Shown: piece by piece, positions 1 to 10,569 of the stretch
How positions within the stretch are numbered: position 1 is the first letter of the stretch
Layout: every line of letters begins with the position of its first letter
DNA from: Zootoca vivipara
Taxonomy: Eukaryota
Assembly: GCF_963506605.1 (NCBI RefSeq)
Contig: NC_083279.1
Coordinates: 102,176,001 to 102,240,000 of the forward strand
DNA: 64,000 nucleotides
Reading direction: 5' to 3'
Translations under genes and position numbers: made by a program
The notes under the pieces: model-generated
The model's input: only the letters and a program-made list of their open reading frames with translations
Database searches by the model: none
What the model was told of the DNA's origin: nothing

Positions 1-1004
1 TGGGAGGTGGGCTGGAAGGGGTGCCCCCCGCAAGGGCAGGCCCGCCCCAAGCCGCGCCCCCTGCAGCGCTTCCTGCTGGAGGAGGCGGGCATCCTCCTGG
101 CCCTGCTCAAGCAAGTGGGCCGGGACCTGTGCTGCGCCCAAGAGCACCTGCAGGGGGAGCCCTGCTCCTCCCGCCGCTGTAGCACCATCCTCTACCACCT
201 GAAGCAGGGCTGCCTGCCCAGCCCCTGGCGGCCCTACGCCCTGACCAGCCCCCAGACCCCCCAGGCCTGGCTGCAGACGCTCCAGCAGCGGACCCAGCTC
301 CTCTGCAGCTACCTGGGCTCCATCAGCGGGTCGCTCGTGGCGCACTACCAGCTGGCTGCCTTCCACCAGCCCCGCCGCCTCCTCCTGGCCGTGCTGCAAG
401 AGAGGGCTCGCGTGGAGAGGCAGGAGCTTCACCGCTACCAGCTGCACCAACAGGTAGGGGAGGGCGGGCCTGGGGTTGGGCACAGGGGCAAGCAAGCACA
501 GCAGCCCCGGTCCCTGAGTGCCCCCTTTCCCCCTCTCTTGGCCAGGTCCTTCCCAGTGGGCCACCCCCCACCAGCGCCCCAGAGAAAGGCATCTACCTGA
601 GTGGCCTGGAGCTGCGCCATGCCTTCTGGAAGGCCCACAGTGGGCTGCTGCAGGAGAGCCGCACAGCCGCGCCCTGCCCTCTGCCCACCATCTGGATCCA
701 GGCCACCCGCCAGACTTGGGAGATGGCCACTGCTGACCCCCCCACCAAGATGCCAGCCGACAAGTACCTGTGCCCCGTCTACCTGGGGGCCCCCGAGGTC
801 CCTGTGATGCTCAGCAGCCAGCACGTCATCCTGCACCTGAGCCTGCCTTCCAAGATGGCCCCTGAGTTGTGCCTCCAGCAGCGTGTTCATGCTGTCAGCC
901 TCTTGCGCTGGGAGGGGGAAAGTAGCGCAGGGCAAAGGCAGCGCCCTCCCCCCTCCCCCAGAGGCCCCTCCCCAGGCCAGCCCCCTCCCCCCTCCCAGGC
1001 TTAA
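1..1004 (+). CDS. DNHD1: Dynein heavy chain domain-containing protein 1, last two coding exons (partial; exons <1-452 and 546-1004)
   Basis: Donor CAG|gtaggg at 452/453 and acceptor ggccag|GTC at 545/546. The spliced product ...VLPSGPPPTSAPEKGIYLSGLELRHAFW...KYLCPVYLG...HLSLPS...RVHAVSLL resembles the dynein heavy chain C-terminal domain (GxYxxGLxLxxAxW, YxCPVY). Stop TAA ends at 1004, AATAAA at 1036-1041. Synteny with RRP8-ILK-TAF10-TPP1-DCHS1 supports the name. Confidence 0.85.
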
Positions 1005-1215
1005 CCCACATGACACAGAAAAAGCCATGTACAGAAATAAAGTGATATATTATTAGTGTGTACAAAAAGCAGACTTGGGTGCTCTGCCGCTCTGCCAGCT
1101 GCCCAGGGCCCTGCACGCCGGGCTATAAATAAGGTGCTCGGCCAGGCACCACTCACTCGCGCCTTGGGGGATGCCCGTCCCGCAGGCCCCCCTGCCAGTC
1201 CAGCCACCCCCCCCC

Positions 1216-4200
1216 TCATTTCAGGTCCACGTCAAAATCCAAAACAAGCAGCTTGGTCTCCTCGGTCCCGTTGCGGCTCCCCACAGCGCACACCAGCTTT
1301 GTGTTGGAGGCCCGGATGCGCCAAACCACCCCCCCGCTGCCGCCACTTTCCAGCGCCACCAGGTTGCGCACAAACTCGCCCGTCTTGAGGTCCCACAGCT
1401 TGACGGTGCCGTCGTCTGAGCTGGTCACCACAAACTTGGAGCTGAACTGGAGGCAGGTGACGGCACTCTGGTGCTTGCTGGGACCTGCAGAAGTTGCGGG
1501 GGGGGAGCAAGGAAGGTGAGAGGCAGTCACCAGCTGCCATGCCCAGCCAGCAAGTGCCCAGGCACCTCTTCTTGGAGGACGCCACTGGTGGCAGGCTCCC
1601 ACCCTATGCCTGCTTCCGTATCCCAAATGGGCTCTCCCCACCCCAAGGCCTTTGGGAGGGCTGATGGGGAGTTTCAGAGCTGAGCCAGCTGCCCACCGCA
1701 CCCACCTTGCAAGGTCTGCAGACACTGGCCCGTTTTGATGTCCCAGATCTTGACCGTAGAGTCGGCATTGCCAGAGACCAGGATGTTGTCGCGCAGCTCC
1801 ATGCCGCTGGTCAGGGACTGGTGGCCCATCAAGGTGTGCAGGCAGTTACCGCTCTCAGCATCCCACACCCGGATCGAGGTGTCCAGGGAGCCGCTCACAA
1901 TGTGGGTCCCATCAAACTGTGCAAGAGAGGGGTGGGAGAAGTGAGTGGCTGTGCGAATCAGGGGGTGGGGGGGTGGGGAGGGGAGGGAAGGGGTCGGGGT
2001 CCCTCACCTGCAGGGAGTAGACACGATTGGTGTGGCCTTGCAAGGTGTGGATGCAGCTCTCCGTCTCGGGGTCCCAGACCTTGACCGTGTAGTCGTAGGC
2101 GCCACTCACCACCTTGTGCCCGTCGTACTGGACACAGCGGACGGCGGCCACGTGGCCCATCAGCACATGCAGGCACTGCCCGGTCTCGATGTCCCAGAGG
2201 CGGAGGGTGGCGTCCCGTGAGCCACTCACCACCCTGCCGAGGGAGGAGAGACAAGCAGCTTGAGTCCCAGGCAGGAGCGGCAGGAGGGGTCCCTGGAGCG
2301 GCCTCCCCTCCCCCAACCTACCTGCTGCCATGGAGGTGCATGCAGCGCACGGTGGAGGTGTGCCCGTAGAGGGTGTGCACGCACTCGCCCGTGTCCGCGT
2401 TCCACACCTTCAGGGTGCGGTCTGTTGAACCACTGATCACGATGTTGTCCCTCATCTGGGAGGACCAGACGCCCCCCGTGTGCCCCACCAGGGTCTGAAC
2501 ACACTGCAGGAGGATGAGGAGGAGGAGGAAGGTGCTCAGAGCCAGGGAAGGCGGAGCCACAGCCGGCCCCGCCCACAGCACCATTTCCCAGACTCACCTC
2601 CCCGGTGACAGCCGACCACACCTTGAGCGTGTTGTCATCTGAGCCGCTCACAATGCGGTTGCCGCAAAACTGGAGGCAGGTGATGACATGGTCATCGTGG
2701 CCTTTCAGAACCTGGCACAGGGAGAGATTTAGCGGGCCAACTGGCATCACCCTGCACCCCCACAAAGAAAGTGCCCCCCCTTTCTCAAGTGGCCTTGAGT
2801 TCTCCAAGACAGGGCTCCAAGGCTTGAGACAAGGCCCAGCGGTCAGGAGCTGGCATCAAGCAGGCCGACTTCAAATTCAGCAAGGGCTGGACGTTCAGCC
2901 ACAGTGACAGCCCCAACTCTCTTCCCACCCCCCACCCCCCACATTTGTGAATAGCCAGAATAATTCAACTTTCTGGATCTTCTTTGCCAGAAGTCAAAGA
3001 TCCACCTAGCCCAGCAGGACCCACACTAACTGGCAGCAGCAGCAGCGGCTCTCAAGAGTTTGGGGCACAGGTCTGTCCCAGCCCACCACTGAGCCCTGGG
3101 CCCTGCCTGGTATAGGACAAGGACTGACAAGGACTGGGACCCAGCTGGGCACCCAGGCATTGAGTTGCTCTGGGTGAAGCGCTTGGAAGGAGACACCATC
3201 TTTTCCTCCAGAGCCTGCTGTTTGGCCCCCATTTTGCAGCCACCCCATAGATCCCATGGCGAGGTATGTCAACCCCAATGGTGGGGGTCAAGGGAGGTCC
3301 CCTACCTTGGGGGGACGGGCATCCCCGCCACGCCAGTTCATGTCAATTCGGTGCTGCCGCAGGAAGGCCAGTTTCCAGGGGCTGTACATGAAGCCTGGGC
3401 TGAGCAGCCGGCGCTTGCGCAGACTCAGGGGCTCCTCAATACCTGCAAGAGACAGAAGTGGCTGTGACAAGGAGGAGGCCCAAGGGCAGCCGGGAAGCAA
3501 CACTGGGCAGGAGCTGAGCTGGGCCTCACCTGCATCGCGGCACTTCTCCCGCCACAACAGGTTGTCCTCGGCCAAAATCCGCCAGTAGCGGCAGGTCTGC
3601 GCCGCCCGGAGCAGGTCCCGCGGCTCCAGGAATGAGAGCACGTAGAGCGCCAACTGCAAAAGGGGCAAGATTTCCTCCTGTGAAAGGCCTTCCTGGGTGC
3701 AAAGGGCAAGCCAGGCCCAAACCGGTGCAGCTGCAGAGAGAGCATGGGGCTGGGCTGGGCTGGGCAGCTCTTCTCTGGCTGTGGCCTGGAGGGCCTCCCT
3801 CTCGGGTGAGGCAACTTCCAACGTTCACCACAGCAATGGCCCCCGGCTTTGTGGCAATGTGGAGACTTTGCCATCTAGATGACCTGACACCACCAGGCCC
3901 CACACAGCTGGGAAAGGGGGTGAGGGGCTGCTGCCATCCTTTCACCCTCACCAGACGAACACCTGAAGCAGCCCTCCAATGCTCCTCCAAGAAGAGAGCT
4001 GGGCAAAGGCCCTTGGGAAGGCCAGTGGTCCACACCCTCCTCCCACAGCCCCTCAAGGCCCAGCCAAACGCAGCAGCTCTCAGGGCCCACCAGGACCCCC
4101 CCAATCCCAAACCCCGCAAAGGCCTCTCCTGCCTTTCCAATCCAGCACAGAGTCTGCGGCTGAGCTCCCTGTTCTGACCACCTGGGCCAATCTCTTGCCC

Positions 4201-7200
4201 TCCAAGCATCCTCCTGCCATTTCTCCTTGTCCTCCTTGCCACTCCCCTACCTGGTTGGGCTCTTTCTTTGGATGTGTTACAGAGGACTCCCTATGGCACA
4301 GCTTTTGCTCTAAAATGGTAGCCTGCACCTCACAAGGGAAGTTCTGCTTTGGCCTGGAGAGGCAGGGAGAGAGTGTCCGTTACATTAGCTCACCTACGCA
4401 GACGTTCAAGCGAGCTAAATCCATTCATTGACTGCTGTCTCTCCTCTCCTTTGACATCTTTGACAGCCTTCCCTTAATGTTCGTATATTTAAAAATTAAG
4501 GGGGGGAGCGGCTTTCGACTGAAAGTGTTCAGCCCATCTGCCATTTATGACAAGCACACCATTTAAAACCATTTAACAATCACTTTCAAAAAGACAAGAT
4601 TTTGTACTCTGCATCTGTTTACATTTTAAAGCCTAATTTGAGCATAAAGCCCAACTTTTGCCTTAGCAACCAGAAATCATTTGGATCCCAGAGGCCCAAT
4701 TTCCACCCCCCCCCACTTCCTCTTCTTTCCCATCACTTTCTGCTGCACACTGAGACAAGGCCTGGGACCCCCAGCCGCTTGCTCTTGGCCAAGCTCTCTC
4801 CTACCATCCCCTTCTGGGTTGGTCTGTTCTTCCTCCCTCCTGCAACGCCCTCGGCTGTTGTTCCTTCCCTTGGCTGCCTCATTCCTTTTCCTCCTCTTTG
4901 GCAGGAACTAAACTCTGGCTCTTAGCTTCTTGCCAGGCCTTCAGGTTCTCCGATAACTTGCCTTTAAAACTTTTCCAAGGCCTTGAGATCAAATCAAATA
5001 GCTCCTTCTCTGATGTATCTTTTATCTCTTGCTAAAGCAACTGGCTCTAGTCAATTTTCCTCCTGGTGCCACATTCGCACTTCAGATAAAGTTCTCTTCT
5101 TCCAGTTTCTCTCTGATGGAAGTTACTTCATCCTAGTGTTTCTGTGAGTTTTCATGGACACTTTAAAAATGTGTAGCTTGTATGACTAGTTCTGACTCTT
5201 ATTTGTTTTAGACACAAGTAGGTAGCCGTGTTGGTCTGACGCAGTTAAATAAAAAATAAAAACAAAAAAATTGTCCAGTAGTGCCTTATAGACCAACTAA
5301 GTTTGTTCTGGTATAAGCTTTCGTGCGCATGCGCACTGCTTCACTTCTTTTACAACTACCTATCGTGTCCCCTTATCCCCCCCTCTTGACTTTGGCCCAG
5401 ATTCTGATCTCTTGGCCTGTTGCTCAAGGCTTTCCAACACCGCCCTGCAAGCTCATTCTTCCACCATCACCTTTGGCCAACAACTGCCCTGCATTCTTCC
5501 TCCAAGACACTCCCCCCACCACCACCCACCAGACACTCACCTCTTTGGGCAGCAGTGATATGAAATCGCGCTGGAATTGGGGCTCGATCACTTGCATCAT
5601 GTGCTTGATCTGAGGAGGCTCACAGCGGTCAATGAGCTCATCCAGAGCCAGCAGCTTCTCTGGGCCACTCCAGCGCTGGCGGGAGAAAGGAGTAAGGGGA
5701 GATCAAGCGCAAAACCCAGGATTGCTACCCATCTCTGGGCCAGAACCAAGGCCGCAAAGCAGCCCACAAAAGCAATCCAAGCAAAAGCACCACCATTGCA
5801 TCAGCTCACTTTTAAGATCAACCCCCTAAAAAAAACAACAACTTGGAAATGAGAAACACACAACATCTGTGTGTTTGGCACAACATCTGCCAAACGCCCG
5901 GCTCGTGAAGGCTTTTGCCGAATGTCAGAAGGTCAGCACAAGCCAGCCAGGTGGCCATTCTGCAGCTGCCATCCAGAATGCGCAGCCCTGCTCTGCCTCC
6001 AGCCAAGGGCCTCGTGCATCACACACAGACACACACACATGAGGCTCTGTCTGCCGCTCACCTGGAAAGTCCGCAGCCAGTCCTGCAGCTCAGGGGGTGG
6101 TGTCATTGGGGGGACATGCCGGCAGCGTGCCTGGCCTGCCTTGGCATTCCGCAAATCCCCAAAGGTGGCTGTGGGGCTAGCGACACAGGGGCCCAGCACT
6201 CTGGAAAGGAAGCAAGTATGTCAGGAAAATGCCACGGTGGGGGTCCGAGTTGTTCTCCCACAAGCATTGGCCCAAGTCAAGAGTCCGGCTGGAGACAGAC
6301 TCCATGTCCCACCCGGCACCTTGCAGGAGCTCCCGAGCGCCACCCACAACCTCCTCACCTGCCCCTCTCGGAGCCCTTGCACAGCTTCTTGCCAGGCGAC
6401 TGGGCTCTGCCATCTGGGCCGCTCTCTGACTTGCGCTTCATCTGCAATGCAGAGAGATGGGGCAGAATGGAGTCACATGGATCCAGGCAATGCACACAGC
6501 TGAAAGTCAAGTGGGGCACTCTTCTTGCTGCCTCCACCACACAGTAGCCATGCCAGGGCCCCCCTGCCTCCCCAAAAGACGGGAAGGTTCAATAGCAGAA
6601 CACTTTCTCTCAGAACACAGATCTACAAACTGCGCTTTGGGACGACAACCTTGTAAGGGCAGGAGGTGGGGAATAAAGATGCAGCGCACAGCAGCCCTCT
6701 CCCCGCCTGACAGCTTTTGTCTTTCTTCCTTGGAGCCTTGATGGCCAGAACACACCTGAGAATCACAAGAGCCTGCTGGATCAGGCCAATGGCCCATCGG
6801 GCAAAGGTAAAGGACCCCTGGAAAGTTTAAGTCCAATCAAAGGTACGATGGGGTGCTGTGCTCATCTCGCTTCCCCCTGAGGGAGCCGGTGTTTGTCCGC
6901 AGATAGTTTTTCCAGGTCATGTGGCCAGCAGGACTACACCGCTTCTGGCGCAACGGAACACAGTGACGGAAATCAGAGCGCATGGAAATGCCATTTGCCT
7001 TCCTGTCCCAGCAGTACTAATTTATCTGCTTGCACTGGCATGCTTTCAAACTGCAAGGTTGGCAGAAGCTGGGACCAAGCAACCGCTCGCCCCGTTGCAC
7101 AGATTCAAAAAGGGATGTGCATGGGAGTGTGGTCTAAACCACACTGACCCTCTTGGGCTTGCTGATTGGAAGGCCCATCCAGTCCAGCCCTCTGTCCCCA

Positions 7201-8904
7201 TAGTGGCCAACCAGATGCCCATTATGGAAACCCACAAGCACAATTGGTGCCCAAGAACAACACCCCCACCCCCGGTCACCTGTGGCTTCCAGCACCTGGT
7301 TTTCAGAGGCATCGCTGCCTCTTACTGTGCAGGGCAGAGCAGAGCATGCTTAGCCATGGTGGCTAGTTGCCGCCAACAACTTCTCTTCCATGAATTGCAG
7401 ACTGAAATGCAGACTTAGAATCTGCACAGGAAAAATGTGCTCCAACTTCAAAAATTCCTCCAGTGAGCAAAATAAAAATCACAAACGAGGCATTAAATTC
7501 AAGAGCTCCCACCCACTTGTTTTGGTCAGCACAGTCCCTTGGCTGCACCCCCTGAGAAATGCTCAGCACAAGCATTGATGCCACAGCCATTTCCAGGGAG
7601 AACCTGAAGGCCCTGGCCAGCATCACCCTCCCCTCCTGCCAGCCTCCCTGGGCCAAACCGAATACTTGCACAGCCCCCCCACCCCCCACCCCCCTGCTGC
7701 CTGGCATGGACACTCTCGGCTGCCTGCTGCACCCCAGAGCCCCATCCCTGTCTCTGGGCTCCTTTCCCCAGGCACCTTCAGGAGAGGAGAAGTGTCTGCT
7801 GGATCTGGCCCCTCGCGGGCAGCCTCCTGCTCTCCCGGGGGTCTCGCAGGTGCCTGGGGCTCCCCCTTCCCTTTCTCTTCCCCCGCAGCCCCTTCTTCAC
7901 CTTGGGCCGCGTGTGCCGGATGAGGCCGCCGCCCTCCGTCCGCTCCAGGTAGTCGATCCAGCGCTCGTCCACCGTGTAGTAGAAGTAGACGTCGCCGCCG
8001 CTCTCCTCGCCATCGCTGCTGCCGCCGCTCGTCTCGTCCTCGGAATCGGGAGCCCCGGGCGGGTAGGAGCTGCCCGGCTCCTCCTCCAGCTCCGCCTCGT
8101 CCGCCAAGCAGGCCGGCGCCCAACTCTCCTGCTGCTGCTGCTGCTGCCCGGGACGCGGCGGCGGCGGCGGCGATTGACCCGCCTCTTCGCCCGGAGCCTG
8201 CGAGGGGAAGCGGGCAGCAGGGTTCAGGCAGCCTCGGCCCGGCCCGCCGCCCCGCCGCGCCCCCTCGGCCGGCACGGCTTCCTCCCGCCCGCCCCCCGCC
8301 CGCCCCGCAGCCTCGGAGAAGGTCGCCGCCAAGCCCACCTCGGTGGCGGCAGCGGCGCCGTCGCGGGGCGCGGGAGCCGAAGACGACGGGGAGGCGGCAG
8401 CTCTGGCGGGGTCCGGCTGCTGCGCGGAGCAGATCATTCGCTGGCTGTTGAGCTCCAGGATCCGCGCCGTGATCCCCTTGACGTGCAGCAGGTCGTCCAG
8501 GGAGGCGAAGCCCTTCAGTTCCTGGGGGGGAGGGAAGGGGGCGCCCAAGTCACGCACCGAGAGAGAAGAGGAACCCTCCCCCCCCGGAAAAGCCCCTCCC
8601 GGCAGGAACGGAGCCCCTCCCCTCCTCTGGGGGCCCTATTTTTGGGGGGGAGGCGCGGCGCGGCAGGTAAGCAGCCCCTCGGGGGGTTCGAGACCCGCTC
8701 AGTTCCGGGGGGGGGGGAGGAAGGTGGTGCTGGTGGGCCCCTTCGGACCCCTGGGTCCCTCACCTCCCTCTTGCGCACGATGCCCCTCGCCCGGCGGCGC
8801 CCGATGCCGACCAGCGCCCGCTCCAGCTCCGCCACGCAGGCCCGGTTGATGTCCAGCTTGCCCCCGCCGCCGCCGGGCCCCGGCCCGCCCGCCGATACCG
8901 ACAT
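1216..8904 (-). CDS. FBXW7-like: FBXW7 paralogue with N-terminal ComEA/EEPD1-like tandem HhH domain; 12 exons, 793 aa
   Basis: Exons 8904-8764, 8521-7901, 6441-6359, 6200-6062, 5675-5541, 3653-3530, 3442-3306, 2711-2598, 2503-2322, 2233-2008, 1916-1706 and 1484-1216. All junctions are GT-AG, total 2382 nt = 794 codons with no internal stop seen. Contains the FBXW7 common-exon start ([15 protein letters not shown]), dimerisation domain ([29 protein letters not shown]), F-box ([33 protein letters not shown]), WD40 repeats with the phosphodegron-binding arginines ([24 protein letters not shown]) and the C-terminus [14 protein letters not shown]. The FBXW7 core (exons 3-12) is certain; splicing of exons 1-2 onto it is inferred from phase-0 junctions. 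Confidence 0.88.
5220..5350. mobile_element. Probable Penelope-like element terminal fragment
   Basis: GGTAGCCGTGTTGGTCTG...GCCTTATAGACCAAC...ATAAGCTTTCGTG resembles the terminal repeat of reptile Penelope-like elements. Recalled from memory, not searched. Confidence 0.45.
6803..7106 (-). mobile_element. Degenerate Sauria-type SINE
   Basis: Reverse complement matches the copy at 26242-26596 (AAAGGTAAAGG tail, GCTCATCTC, GTCATGTGGCCAGCA, GCTTTCAAACTGC..GGTTGGCAG.AGCTGGGAC). Confidence 0.7.
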
Positions 8905-9420
8905 TGCTGCCGCCGCCGCCGCCCGGACTCGGCCGGACTGCGCTTGCGCCGGCCGCGCGCCGCCCCTGCCTCCCCTACAGCCCCCAGCAGGCATTGAGCG
9001 ACGAGACACTTCCGCTTCGAGAAAAGCACTTTATTCAGAGCGACGCGACGGCGGCCCAGACGAAGCCCCGCCCCCTGACGTCACCGCCGCTTGTAGAGGC
9101 AGGGGCGGAGCGCCAGTCCCGGAAGAGCCCTTTCGCCCCGCCCCTTCCGCTTCGGCGCTTCTGCCTTGCGCAGCTCGAAGGTGAAGAAGTGGCTGCCCGT
9201 CACGTCCTGGAAGGAGAGGAGGGGGAAGGCGATGCGGAGGCGCGCGCGGGCCGGAGGGGGCCTCGCGCGCGCCCGGCAAGGAGGACGGGAACCCCCCGCC
9301 CACGCCCCGCGGAAACCTACCTTGCTGAGGAGCCGGAAGCCGAGCCGGGCGAGCGCCGCCACGAAGGCCCGCACGTCCGGGAAGCGGCTGGCCACCTCGG
9401 CCACCAGGAGGGTCCCCCTG
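7850..9420. promoter_or_regulatory. CpG island and probable promoter of the HhH-FBXW7-like gene, overlapping the RRP8 terminal exons
   Basis: Very GC- and CpG-rich. NRF1-like TGCGCTTGCGC near 8939-8949, ETS-like CACTTCCG 9007-9014 and CCGGAAG 9119-9125, GC boxes at 9066-9075, 9102-9110 and 9136-9144, perfect CRE TGACGTCA at 9076-9083. Confidence 0.7.
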
Positions 9421-10516
9421 GGAGGGAGGGAGGGAGATCAGCCAAGGCGCCCCTTTGCCCCCCCCCCGCTGCAGCCCCTCTTCACCCTCCCAGCTCTGCG
9501 TCAGCAGAAATGACAGCTGAAAAGAGGTATAAAGGACTAAGTGTGATGCTGAGTGAATCCTCCAGCAGCCAGAAACATCCCCATCCCTTGTGTGTGTCAG
9601 GAGGGCACCTGCAGAAGCCAGGAGGGGCTGGGAGAAGGCTTGGCCTGGCCCCCCAAAGAGAGGGGCCCCAAATACGATATGCCATTGTTCTTGCTGGCAC
9701 TTTGAATGGTTAGCAATCATGTAATCCTTTCCCCCTAAGCAGTCCAGGGAATGCATGCTTATTTTATTACTGCATTTCATGTGGTCACCCGTCAGGAAAC
9801 CTCAGAGGATTCCTCAGAAGCAGCCCCTTCCCACCTTTGGAAATTTAAAATGTCTGTTTTACAATATTTTATGGCCTGTAACCCAGCCAGATGGGCGGGA
9901 TAGAAGTAATAAAATTATTATTGTTACTATTATTATTCACAGTGATCCAGAGCTGCTGCCTCTGATCCTGTGGCCAACATGTAGCCACTGACAGCCTTCT
10001 TTCTCTCTCCAGGGCTTCAGACCCAAGGGTCCTTCTCTAAGCTCTTATTGGAGCTGCCACGGGTGGGTGTGAGTGGGTGAGCCCAAGACCTTCTGCCTGG
10101 GAAGTCTGCACTCCCACCAAAGCTCTTCCTGGCCAGAGAGTCACATCCTCCTCCTCGCTACTTGTTTTCAAAGGCAATTGGTGCTGAGGACTGATTTTAA
10201 AGGATGCAAGCCAACTAGATCAGAGAGAGTGTTTTGGTACTGAAATAGAAAATACATGAATAGTGGTATTTTCAATATCCAAGTTAGTTATGCTGAAATT
10301 TTGCTTACAAGCAGATTTAGCTGATTCACGGGCTAAAGGCTCTTTGCAACCATCATTCATTGTCTGAAAATTAGTAAATTTATATTAACATAATCCTCTA
10401 CTTTAGTAATACGGTACCTTTTGTTTAAGTTGTTTGTTGTTACTTCAGTTTTCTGTACAACACTTAGAAATGTTCTAACTATATCTCTATTAGTAGAAAC
10501 CCAGTCAGATGGGCAG

Positions 10517-10569
<53 letters not shown>

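Noticed and set aside
4390-5215. Strand-biased segment with a donor-like site in the long FBXW7-like intron
   Set aside because: The frames I read contain stops, and the flanking exons already join in frame without it. It may be a decayed repeat that I cannot identify by eye.
1216-6441. Calling the gene canonical FBXW7 or a retrocopy
   Set aside because: It keeps an FBXW7-like intron-exon structure, so it is not a retrocopy. Its sequence is diverged, its first exons differ and it lies in the DNHD1-DCHS1 block, so a paralogue is the better call.
7559-9184. 541-aa plus-strand ORF antisense to HhH-FBXW7-like exons 1-2 and RRP8
   Set aside because: Low-complexity Arg/Pro/Gly translation with no recognisable motifs. 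Long stop-free frames are expected in a CpG island.
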